A stretch of 32,416 bases of DNA, from contig NC_068982.1 of assembly GCF_001194135.2 (NCBI RefSeq), positions 58,315,511 to 58,347,926 on the forward strand, given 5' to 3'. The position numbers were made by a program, and so were the translations under genes. Of this stretch, positions 10,327 through 20,606 are shown one piece after another. Under the pieces are notes generated by a model, which saw only the letters and a program-made list of their open reading frames with translations, was not told the origin of the DNA and made no database searches. Numbering within the stretch: the stretch's first letter is position 1; every line of letters begins with the position of its first letter. Source of the stretch: Octopus bimaculoides (Eukaryota).

Positions 10327-11229
10327 GACGAGTAGCATTCCAGATGCTTTGAGACTTTTTTTTTAGGAGAGGCAGTTATAACTAATGTAGATTATTGTAA
10401 TTTTATTAGATCATTTCTAAACATCTTATAAGCTGATCTTCCAGCTTCTGCTATTCCAGATTGAAAGAAACAGCTGTAACAGCACTTTGAACACACTCTA
10501 CTAAACACTACTTGTCACAGCTGACTACTTTTCAGAATGCAGTTTGAATGTGAATACAGTTTGGAAGCTTGCTATTCAATAAAGTTTGGTGTTAAACTGG
10601 GCAAAAACACTTCAGAATCTTAGGAAATGCACCAAACTGCTTATGGTTTAATTTGAATAAGCTAAACATCTGTTTTTCACTGGCACAAGAGGCTAAGCAA
10701 AGCAAGTTCACTGGGAAGTGCATGATGATTCCCACTTTTGATGACAGCAGCAGCATCTACAGCCACTGGATTCCCTCTGGCCAGATGGCCAACAGATTAC
10801 TTTGTAGAGGTTTTGAGGGAGCTCAGGAAGAGAATTTGCTGTCAAAGATCAGAGCACCTACACCAGGACAATGTACCAGTTCATAATTCCATCCAGGTAA
10901 CCAACTACTTGAGTGAGATGGGCATCAAAACTGCTGTTCATCCTCCCTGTAGTCCAGACCTTGCTTTATGTAACTTTTGGTTATTTCCCAATCTGAAGGA
11001 GAACATCAGTGGCAGGTGTTTTGAAGATGAAAGAGGTTGTGACAAGGGTCCTGAACACTTTCACTTTGGAGGACTTCCATTGAGGGCATTATAAAGTGGC
11101 TGAAGCACTAAAATACGTGCAGTGAAATTAGAAGATCCTACTTTGAAGGGGATTAAAGTTTTGTACTTCTTTCAAATAAATACAGGTCTCTCCTGAAAAA
11201 ATCTCAAAACTTCTTGAATGCATCTTGTA
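10327..11229 (+). mobile_element. Mariner (DD34D) DNA transposon, internally deleted and decayed
   Basis: Degenerate TIRs: ACGAGTAGCATTC..TTTGAGACTTTTT and AAAAAATCTCAAAACTTCTTGAATGCATCTTGTA. An N-terminal HTH remnant from 10537 (YSIKFGVKLGKNTSES*EMHQTAYG...SVFHWHKR) is joined near 10690 to catalytic motifs. Confidence 0.9.
10537..11150 (+). pseudogene. Mariner transposase pseudogene
   Basis: Contains HLHQDNVPVH and HPPCSPDLALCNFWLFPNLK (canonical HQDNAPxH and HPPYSPDLAPCDFWLFP). It has stops and frameshifts, the last catalytic D is changed to N, and the region with the first D is deleted. Confidence 0.9.
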
Positions 11230-11362
11230 CTTGGCAGCCCTAAACTGAGTCACACAGAACAAGTCACTGGACATTGTTACTTCTCTAATTCACCATCTTT
11301 ATTTTACAACTTATATTTTTGAACTTCCACCCCAACTTGTACCAATTCTCATTTATTTGCAT

Positions 11363-11795
11363 GGTACAGACATGGCTTAGTGGTTAAGGAGCTTGTTTTC
11401 AAACTACATGGTTTCAGGTTCAGTCCTACTGCATGGCATTTTCAGAAAGTGTCTTCTACTCTAGCCTTAGGTTGACCAATACTGTATGAGTGAATTTGGT
11501 AGACAGAAAATCGTCCAACCCATGCTAGCATGGAAAGCGGGCGTTAAACGATGATGATGATGATGATGAGAAAATGTAAAGAAGCCTATTGTGTGTGCGT
11601 ATGTATGTATGTATGCATTTATGAATGTATGTATGTATATATATATGTGTGTGTGTGTGTGTGCGTAAATATATGTGTATATATCTATATATGAATGTAT
11701 GTATGCATTCATGTGTGGTGTGTGTGTCCTCATGTCTGTGTTTGTCCCTCTATCACCACTTGACAACCAGTGTAGGAGTGTTTACATCCCTGTAT
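11363..11795 (+). mobile_element. SINE family D, older copy, with nested family B 3' fragment
   Basis: Head TGGCTTAGTGGTTAAGG...GGTTCAGTCC, internal TG/TA run, and the D body TTTGTCCC...CTTGACAACC. Confidence 0.85.
11512..11568 (+). mobile_element. 57-nt 5'-truncated family B (RTE-type) insertion with target-site duplication
   Basis: CGTCCAACCCATGCTAGCATGGAAAGCGGGCGTTAAACGATGATG... flanked by AGAAAAT at 11505-11511 and 11569-11575. Confidence 0.85.
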
Positions 11796-12140
11796 TTTGT
11801 TTCACAACCATAATATACCAACAAATATATTAAAGGCTTATAAATCAATATCGTGTCTTACTTGTGTTAGCAGTGCTACTCAATCACTTTTTAAGATTAT
11901 TTCCATAATATATAATGAATGATATATATTTATATCCTGTATATGCAACTGAAGCATACTAAATCAAAATAACTATCTACATATGATGCTTAATGTACAT
12001 TTGCTTAATGTACTTATGCTTAATGTACATACACTGTTGACAGGCAAGATACAGCAGGTTTCATCTGAGATAAAAAATTAAAAAAACGCTCTTATAAACA
12101 TGATGTGTTAAAAGTACAACACACACACACATACATTTAC

Positions 12141-12632
12141 AGGTGTCCTGCTGAGGTTAAAATAGTAGTAATGTCAGTTCTTATGGAATAGCCATGTTGA
12201 AGTGGTGATAAACATTACTTCTCAGTATAGTTACTGCTTTCGTCTCTTACAGAAATTTTCTGTCTGGCTAATTTGTTTGTTGCTAGATCAGTGACTGGTT
12301 GTCACTCATTTTTCTATATGTTGGGAACTGGAACAAGCTACTGCTATCTCTAGTAGCAGAAAATATCCACTACTGAGGATGAGCATAAAGGGCTTGAAAC
12401 CATACAATCTGATAGTCCTGTTGCTGGAAGATGGTAGGGGTTTGCTCTCCTGCTTGCAATATATATCAGGGGCAGATTGCATTGACTAACCACCTGAAGG
12501 AGGTGACCTCCTGGGGTTAAAATGATAGTAATGTTGAAACAGCTATAATGAAATGGTGATAACTTTACTTCTCAGTTTCGTTACTGCTTTCATCTCTTAT
12601 AGAGATTTTCTGACAAACTAATTTGCTTTTAT
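12141..12632. repeat. Partial tandem dimer of a 360-bp unit (about 135-bp direct repeats), possibly Penelope-related
   Basis: 12141-12281 aligns with 12501-12632 (AGGTG.CCT.CTG.GGTTAAAAT...TGGTGATAA..TTACTTCTCAGT...GTTACTGCTTTC.TCTCTTA.AGA.ATTTTCTG). A hammerhead-like core lies at 12373-12400. Confidence 0.7.
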
Positions 12633-13300
12633 ATTAGGTCATCCCATGAATAATGCAGTTTTTTTATACTTCTTTTATTTTTCAAAATTAAGATAAACAA
12701 AGTACTTTTTAATCTAAAATATACTCTCCTTTATTTTCTACAATGCTTTTCCATCTACCCGGTAGATTTGCAAGGCCCCACTTCCAAAATTCACTTATCT
12801 GTGATGAAAAATACTCCTATAGTACTGTTCTGACCTCCTCTACAGAATTCATATTTTTTCCATCCAAATGATTTTAAAGACTGCAGAATAAATGATAATC
12901 AGATGGGGCAATGTCTGGCAAATATGGTGGATGGGGCATCATTTCCTATTCAGGCTGCTCTAGCCTTTGGAATGGCATCCTTGCTGTATGTGGCTGAGCA
13001 TTATCCTGATGGAAGAACACCTTTTGTCTTTAAAGTGAAGATGGTAATTTTTTTCTTGTACTAACTTAAGCTGTTCCCAGTAGATCTCCTTTATTATCGT
13101 TTGGTTTGAGTTTAAAAGTTCAAAGTGGACTATACCTTTCATATCCCACTTAAAAGATAACAACACCTTACATGGGTGAAGACTTAGCAGTGAGATCCAC
13201 ACTCCCCTTCTGCATCTAATATAGCACAACATGATGCATCAAACTTTGGGCTAGACTAGTACACAAAATATGGCATTTATTTACGGAAAACAGGTATGAA
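12632..13300 (-). mobile_element. Second mariner element, 5'-truncated; transposase pseudogene at about 12709-13235
   Basis: Minus-strand frames give LHPCKVLLSFKWDMKGIVHFELL, VFFHQDNAQPHTA, PHPPYLPDIAPSDYHLFCSL and GLANLPGRWKSIVENKGEYILD*. The TIR-like end TATTAGGTCATCCCA is at 12632. The left (5') boundary is approximate. Confidence 0.9.
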
Positions 13301-13455
13301 ATTCAGTGCTTTATAGATCATACACATGTTACAGCAAACTGCTGTAATAATTATATAATAGTTGTAGAAATGTTATGGAATCATGCATTTCCCCTCATCA
13401 ATGTTCTGCAATAAATACGACAGATGTTGAAAGTTCCATACATGTACACTTTTCC

Positions 13456-13687
13456 CATTTCTTTATTGCCCATAAGGGGCTAAGCATAAAGGGGATAAAC
13501 AAGGACAGACAAAGGGATTAAGTCGATTATATTGACCCCAGTGCGTAACTGGTACTTAATTTATCAACCTCGAAAGGATGAAAGGCAAAGTCGACCTCGG
13601 CGGAATTTGAACTCAGAACGTAAAGACAGCTGAAATACTGCTAAGCATTTTGCCCAGCGTGCTAACGTTTCTGCCAGCTCGCCGCCT
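13456..13687 (-). mobile_element. SINE family A, young copy with alternative 3' tail and 13-bp TSD
   Basis: TSD TGTACACTTTTCC at 13443-13455 and 13688-13700. CpGs are retained. The 3' end is ...TTAGCCCCTTATGGGCAATAAAGAAATG rather than ...AGAAAGGATT. Confidence 0.92.
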
Positions 13688-13983
13688 TGTACACTTTTCC
13701 GTTAAGCAAATTATCAACAACTTCTCATGCCACACAATATAGCAGGGAACAGAAAAAACATACTACGGATATATGAGGCCATGCTTCTCTCAATCTGAAG
13801 TAGGTGCAACCAGAAAGAAAGATTAATTATTGTTATTGATCCTTTTTCTCTATTTTTTTTCTGGTTGCAAGGGATTGGCTTGTCTTCCCCAGTGTAAAGT
13901 GCACTGCAAAGTTTGCAGATGATGTGCACATCTTCCATTAATATATGCTGCATTATCTGTAAATGCAGTGGGCATTATCTGTA

Positions 13984-14167
13984 AAGGTGTGATGAGCTGG
14001 CGGAGTTGTTAGCAGCTGGGCAAAAAGCTTAGCAGCATTTTGGCTGTCTTCATATTTTGTGTTCAAGTGCTTTTGAGGCCAACTTTGCAGTAGAACATTG
14101 GGGTTGAGGTAATCAACTTATCCCTCACCCAAAATTTCTGACCTTGTGCCTATATTAGAAAGGAATA
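13984..14167 (+). mobile_element. SINE family A, degenerate copy with core deletion
   Basis: GATGAGCTGGCGGAGTTGTTAGC head and end GACCTTGTGCCTATATTAGAAAGGAAT. Confidence 0.75.
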
Positions 14168-14329
14168 TCTGTAGATAATCTTTCTGCAGTAAGCTGAAAT
14201 CTAGGAAATCTTAAACGCATATCAAAACGAAATTAAAAGACTTTATTGCAAGGTGTATGGCACAAAGCATAAAAAAACCCTCCAGTTTTCAGTGATATAA
14301 CCATGTTAGCAAGAAAATCATAATTTCTT

Positions 14330-14550
14330 ACAATGAAACAGAACCACAGAATCATTTTGGAGGGCAACATATACTCAGCACCGGTAATATACTGCAAGAT
14401 CAGATTTGTTTTATCAGTACTTTACAGAATTGGAGTGATAAACATCAAAGTTAAATGCAAGGGATTTGAACTGAGAAGGTAAAAGTTTGCAACTGAATAC
14501 TGCAAGATGCTCTAATACAACACTCTAGTGATTCCACCATCTACTGCCTC
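14330..14550 (-). mobile_element. Old family A-related SINE remnant
   Basis: GGGATTTGAACTGAGAA (reverse B box)...GAATACTGCAAG...GATTCCACCATCTACTGCCT resembles the A head; highly diverged. Confidence 0.45.
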
Positions 14551-15126
14551 TACTAGTAATAAAATAATGATATCAAACTAGGATGGTAGCCATCATAAAA
14601 TCACAATGTCAACTAATTTACTAAATCACATATTTTCCTGTTAGCCTGTCAGAAAAGTGTAACACTACTTGTTTAGAGCTTTGTATAAGTATTAAACTCA
14701 AAAGATGTTGTGTTTATGTACCAAGGCATTAATTATAACTCCAATGTTATTAATTTAATCAAACATCTTCATTTTTAGTGAAGAGAATTATTATGGAGAA
14801 ATGTGAAAGCAAAAATTACTAGTTGATGTCAATATATAACATTTAACTAATCCTCAAATCACAGAAATAGATGGTTGGCAAGTAATTAATGCATTCATAA
14901 AACCCATTTAGAATGTGTTTGATGATTATGTGGAAATAAATGTTATGCATTATATTACAATCTTCTTCATATGACATTATGCTTTATGTGCTACACACTC
15001 ATATACACATATATTTATAAATGATATTAAGATATAGCATTTAATAAAAACAATATTGTAGGTATATTTAGCACTCTACGATGTCAAGCTGCTGTATCTG
15101 TAGTATTGAATTGCATTAAAAACTAT

Positions 15127-15160
<34 letters not shown>

Positions 15161-15298
15161 TGATGATGATGATGTATGACTCATGTATTAAACTGGGTCT
15201 GTTTGACTGAAGATTAAAATAGAATTTTGTTGTATTTTAAGCTACGCTTGATAATTTTGTGCTACCCTTTCAAATTTTGTCACAAAGCCAGCAATTTT

Positions 15299-15460
15299 AG
15301 GTCTGGTTGCGTGGTAAGAAGTTTGCTTCCCAACACATGGTTCCAGATTCAGTCTCACAACATGGTACCTTGGGGAAATATCTTCTGCTATTGCCTTGGG
15401 CTAACCAAAGTTTTTTGAGTGGATTTGAAAGAAGCTTGTCGTAAATATGTGTGTGGGTGT

Positions 15461-15497
<37 letters not shown>

Positions 15498-15630
15498 TGT
15501 GTTTTACCTCCACCACCACTTGATAACTGGTGTTGAGGTGTTTGCATCCCTGTGACAGCAGTTCAGCAAAAGAGACAGCATAAAATGGGTCAATTTCTTC
15601 ACCAAAATTCTTCACGGAAGTGTTCAAACA
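15299..15630 (+). mobile_element. SINE family D, older copy
   Basis: GTGGTAAGAAGTTTGCTTCCCAACACATGGTTCC head, (TG)n, and ACTTGATAACTGGTGTTG body. Confidence 0.8.
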
Positions 15631-16354
15631 CTTATGAGAGAATTTAAATGATGATTTAATCACCAGCTACATTCATTCACAAATCCAGAAATATCTTTGA
15701 ATGCGAGTTTATCAAAATACACTTGATATCTGTAAAGTAAAAGTTTTAAGGACTACAAAATTGTCTGAAATATATTATAATATGCCAGAACATAAAAAGT
15801 AATGATGATTGTGGTTTTTATCTTCCAGAAAAAATTAATATGCTGTTTTATAAAGATTCTATCTCCAACAAGCATTCAGAATTATTATATTTTGTCATCA
15901 CAAATGAGAATATTTGCTTAAAAATTTTGTACCACTTAAAGGCTAATAATCCAGCCATCACAGAAAATGATCATCCATATTTGAAAAAGCCAAAGAAGTT
16001 TCTTCAGTTAACATAAGGAAACAGTATGTTATCTTTGTTATCATACCTGAAAATGATAAAGTGATATAACATTCTGATTTCTTCAAAAGGTTTTTATTCT
16101 TAACATGTCTATTTGACTATATTTAAAGTTCAGACTGTATATGAATTTTAGCTTGTCTCATTTACTAACTTTTTTTTTGTTTTAAATCAATAAAATATGA
16201 AAAAAACAGTCAACATGTATGTAATTCCATCTTAAAAAATAAATGTATAATCCACTCTTCAAACTTGTATTGATCTGTCCTTTACATCTCTGAGTTTCTT
16301 TTTTTCTATATGTGTATCTTCTTCAATCATACATGCATACATAGATGATTACAT

Positions 16355-16742
16355 TGTTGTTGTTGGCACTCTGTCGCTTACAACGTCGAGGTTTCCAGTT
16401 GATCCAGTCAACGGAACAGTCTGCTCATGAAATTAACGTGCAAGTGGCTGAGCACTCCACAGACACGTGCACCCTTATCGTAGTTCTCGGTTATATTCAG
16501 TGTGACACAGTGTGACAAGGCTGACCCTTTGAAACACAGGTACAACAGAAACAGGAAGTAAGAGTGAGAGAAAGTTGTGGTGGAAGAGTACAGCAGGGTT
16601 CGCCACCATCCCCTGCTGGAGCCTCGTGGAGCTTTAGGTGTTTCCGCTCAATAAACACTCACAACGCCCGGTCTGGGAATCGAAACCGTGATCCTATAAC
16701 CACGAGTCCGCTGCCCTAACCACTGGGCCATTGCACTTCCAC
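16355..16742 (-). mobile_element. tRNA-derived SINE family G, full length, (CAA)n tail, 12-bp TSD
   Basis: Minus-strand A box TGGCCCAGTGG and B box GGTTTCGATTCC. TSD AGATGATTACAT at 16343-16354 and 16743-16754. Confidence 0.9.
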
Positions 16743-16981
16743 AGATGATTACATACACAGACGTGTTCATGCACAAAAATAAAGAAAGCACACTTTATAC
16801 AGTTTATATTAATTGTATTAAGAGTTCAACACATTTACTTTATTTAGTGTTCCATAAGAGTGAAAAAAACATTCTTGATGTTTGGACATATTTCATACTT
16901 GTGTGTAAGTTATACTACATTCATACATTTATACATAGATGCATATATATATATATATATGTCTTATGTATATTATATACC

Positions 16982-17018
<37 letters not shown>

Positions 17019-17053
17019 TCAGTAAATCATAAATCCAAAAAAGAAACACAAGT

Positions 17054-17340
17054 TTTGAATTCAGTTACTCCATTAAGAACATCCGTACACCATCTAACAA
17101 GCTGTACCGTCGAATGCTGCTGGAAAAAATGATGAATTTAATAAGGTGAATGCAATGGAAAGCATTCTACCATGACCTAGCCATACCTTCCCTGGAGAAC
17201 AACACATACGAGACAGACCCTGGGTAACCCCATAAACTGGCTATATTTATCTGTATAAATATATATAGTAGATAATATAAACAGGGCTGATTTAGTTTTC
17301 CCTCCATAGATTGAAAAAAAATGATGAACAACCTTAATTG
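17054..17340 (+). pseudogene. Penelope-like element ORF, N-terminal remnant
   Basis: Reads FEFSYSIKNIRTPSNKLYRRMLLEKMMNLIR*MQWKAFY, resembling the recalled PLE motif YSLKNIPIP...LIEK.E..IKRMRWKA. The TGA and CAA at the Arg positions fit CGA CpG decay. Confidence 0.6.
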
Positions 17341-17489
17341 ATTTTCAAACCTTATTAGGTTCTCATCAGAGGTATTTCCATCGATTTCACCAACTCCAGA
17401 GAAATTTATATACACAACAATTGTTGTAGCTAGAGAGAACTGGAGCCACTAATTAGCATACTGTGTAAACACTTTATATATATACATAT

Positions 17490-17651
17490 TCGCTCTGATA
17501 GATCGCTAGCCACTAAACCTTTTTCTATTTTCTCTCCCTGTCGAAAAGCATAGGCTCCAAACGTAAAAGACTTTCTCACTTCCCGAGCATTAAACTAATA
17601 CATGTTTGTTGTTTACACACCCGTTTTCGTCTTCTGTTTTTTTGTAAATTT

Positions 17652-17656
<5 letters not shown>
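17490..17656 (+). mobile_element. Penelope-like terminal fragment ending in (TA)n
   Basis: GAAAAGCATAGGCTCCAAACGTAAAAGAC...AAACTAATACA...TTTGTAAATTTTCACTATATA resembles PLE ends as I recall them; flanked by TA repeats. Confidence 0.5.
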
Positions 17657-17735
<79 letters not shown>

Positions 17736-18372
17736 CATATATATAAAGACATGAGAAAATGAAAATGGAAATTACATATTCACAGTGATTTTTTCAATCC
17801 ATCATACACTGGTACCTTGCAGATGAGATAATGTACAAATATTTGTAGTGCATCACAGGTGCTGATGTGTCTATTCAGGTGATTTATTTGCCATTTCACT
17901 TATTTATATATCAATGCATATATAAAAATCGAAATAGAGGGAATAGAGCAGTTAAAATCCAGGTTACATATGTTTCCTAGCCAGCAGAATCTCAGAAGTA
18001 ATAATTACTCAATGTAGGGTACTCCACTAGCTACTCACCAGGCTGAAGATACCTTTGTTAAATGAAAATTACATTGTCATCAAAAGATCCCAAGTTAACT
18101 GGCAGGAGATTTGATCAAGATTTTTTTATCAAATCTTCAGTGAGTTGATTTTCTTTCCTTTTTCAAAAAAAAAGAAAAAAAAAAGACGAATACTGAAATG
18201 TATGTAACTGTAAATAATAGCATATAAATATCGGATTAAAAAAGTTATTTGGAGAGAAAAAGTCTAAGGCTCCATGGGAATTGAACCAACATCTCCTGTA
18301 AACATGTGTTTGTATAAATACACACACACACACATATGCATACATTAAAATATGTATATAGATATAAATGTA

Positions 18373-18560
18373 TTACTCTTTGCTTGTTTCAGTCATTTGA
18401 CTGCGGCCTTTAGTTGAGAAAATCAACCCCAGGACTTATTCTTTGTAAGCCTAGTACTTATTCTATCGGTCTCTTTTTGCCGAACCGCTAAGTTACGGGG
18501 ACGTAAACACACCAGCATCGGTTGTCAAGCGATGGTGGGGGAGCAAACACAGACACACAA

Positions 18561-18616
<56 letters not shown>

Positions 18617-18673
18617 CATATATACGATGGGGTTCTTTCAGTTTCCGTCTACCAAATCCACTCACAAGGCTCT
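18373..18673 (-). mobile_element. SINE family D, young copy, head lost in gap
   Basis: Near-identical to 19754-20200 in reverse complement; runs into the N-gap at 18674. Confidence 0.9.
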
Positions 18674-19382
18674 NNNNNNNNNNNNNNNNNNNNNNNNNNN
18701 NNNNNNNNNNNNNNNNNNNNNNNNNNNNNNNNNNNNNNNNNNNNNNNNNNNNNNNNNNNNNNNNNNNNNNNNNNNNNNNNNNNNNNNNNNNNNNNNNNNN
18801 NNNNNNNNNNNNNNNNNNNNNNNNNNNNNNNNNNNNNNNNNNNNNNNNNNNNNNNNNNNNNNNNNNNNNNNNNNNNNNNNNNNNTATATATATATATATA
18901 TATATATGTGAGTGACCGTGTTTACATGTGTGTACCAGTGAGTGTGTGACCATATAGTTTAGGAAGGATTTATAACGACTTAGTATTAGCTTGTAAAGTC
19001 TAGCTTAAATCTTTTGTTTAGTTCTCTTTAGTCATCTAGCTGAAGAGCATTTATCTTACTGAAGGAACAGCAAACACATATCAACATCTTATCACTTTCA
19101 AAGTGACATAAAATAATTTATTGCATGAAGTAACACAGAGCTGTTAACTTCCATAGATTGTGTTTTTCTACAGATTACCATTTTTTTTTTCTTACTTACT
19201 TCTAATCTCAAAGTGAACTTTTATCTGAAACGGTGGGAGAATTTTATTTGTTATATATTTTATATTTATCCATTTTAATAAATATATCCTAAGATTCAAG
19301 TAAGAAGTCTTTATTTAGATGTCAGATGATAGTAACGACAACTTCAACAGTAATAAGCAATAATATTAATCATTTATTTTCT

Positions 19383-19412
<30 letters not shown>

Positions 19413-19415
<3 letters not shown>

Positions 19416-19490
19416 CACAGCACATACCCAAGGCACACAGAGCTGCGCTCGGTAGTGAAGTGAAAGCACGTCATAAAAATAAAACTACTG
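19413..19490 (+). mobile_element. Short insert in (AAT)n, probably the extreme 3' end of an AAT-tailed LINE
   Basis: About 75 nt of complex sequence ending ATAAAAATAAAACTACTG-AATAAT, with (AAT)n on both sides. There is no coding evidence, so the family is unassigned. Confidence 0.4.
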
Positions 19491-19511
19491 AATAATGATA
19501 ATAATAATAAT

Positions 19512-19728
19512 AATCCTTTCTACTAAAGGTGCAAGGCCTGAAATTTTGTGGAAGCGGACTAGTCAATTACATTGACTCCAGTTTTTTACTGGTACTTAAT
19601 ATATCAACTCCGAAAGGATGAAAGGCAAAGTTGTTCCTGGCTGAATTTAAATTCAGAACATAAAGATGGATGAAATGCTGCTAAGCATCTTGCCTGGCAT
19701 GCTAATGTTTCTGCCAGCTTGCAGCCTT
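19512..19728 (-). mobile_element. SINE family A, full length (ATT-tailed subfamily)
   Basis: Same ends as 450-665, with AAT repeats on both sides. Confidence 0.85.
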
Positions 19729-19753
19729 AATGATAATAATAATAATGATCATA

Positions 19754-19924
19754 GGCACAGGAGTGGCTGTGTGGTAAGTATCTTGCTTACCAATCACATG
19801 GTTCTGGGTTCAGTCCCACTGTGTGGCACCTTGGGCAAGTGTCTTCTACTATAGCTTCGGGCTGACCAAAGCCTTGTGAGTGGATTTGGTAGACGGAAAC
19901 TGAAAGAAGCCCGTCGTATATATG

Positions 19925-19987
<63 letters not shown>

Positions 19988-20200
19988 TTGTGTGTCTGTG
20001 TTTGTCCCCCACCATCGCTTGACAACCGATGCTGGTGTGTTTACGTCCCCATAACTTAGCGGTTCGGCAGAAAAAAGAGACCGATAGAATAAGTACTAGG
20101 CTTACAAAGAATATGTCCTGGGGTCGATTTTCTCGACTAAAGGCGGTGCTCCAGCATGGCTGCAGTCAAATGACTGAAACAAGTAAAAGAGTAAAGAGTA
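19754..20200 (+). mobile_element. SINE family D, full length, young
   Basis: GGAGTGGCTGTGTGGTAAG...GGGTTCAGTCCC head, internal (TA)n(TG)n, and tail GAAACAAGTAAAAGAGTAAAGAGTA. Confidence 0.92.
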
Positions 20201-20241
20201 TGATGATGTTGACGACGATGATGATGATGATGTTGATGATG

Positions 20242-20476
20242 ATAATTGCTGAGCCCTTGGGAACAGTATCAGAAAGCATCAAGGGAATTTAAATAGAGTT
20301 TTCAGTAGGACTGTCACAAAAGGTTTGCCTCCTTGGCACGGCCAGAATAATGAGGAAAGCAATTGATAGCTAAAAAGAATGGGTAACATGGTACTGTAGA
20401 CTGCAGGTAACAAGCCCGCTACGCATGTAAGATGCCAGGAGTTCCAACAAAACCTGTGATAAAGATAAATAATAAT
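20242..20476 (+). mobile_element. 3' end of a second, distinct R4/Dong-type LINE
   Basis: IIAEPLGTVSESIKGI*IEFSVGLSQKVCLLGTARIMRKAIDS* (stop 20371-20373) matches the IGALG...LQK..LLGTARILRK motifs. Its UTR differs from that at 42-232 and it ends in AATAATAAT. Confidence 0.8.
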
Positions 20477-20477
20477 A

Positions 20478-20606
20478 ACAAGAGCACTCAGAAAGCACAA
20501 ACCCCCACCAAGGCAACAGCAATGTCTTCTCAACGATTAGCCAGAAATAATTTTTAAAATGAGAATATCTGAAATCAACTCGACTGTTCTCACAAATGAG
20601 AATACT
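20478..20606. mobile_element. Family C, partial copy
   Basis: Aligns with 1217-1345 (ACAAGAGCACTCAGA...TTTTAAAATGAGAATATCTGAAAT...CTCACAAATGAGAATACT). Confidence 0.85.

Noticed and set aside
16660-16742. tRNA gene (also the heads of families A, D and F)
   Set aside because: A and B boxes are present, but the sequence continues into a SINE body with tail and TSD, and I cannot build a complete cloverleaf.
18039-18157. Minus-strand segment with poly-T acceptor and CTG|GTGAGT donor
   Set aside because: Stops in all three frames and no usable start.
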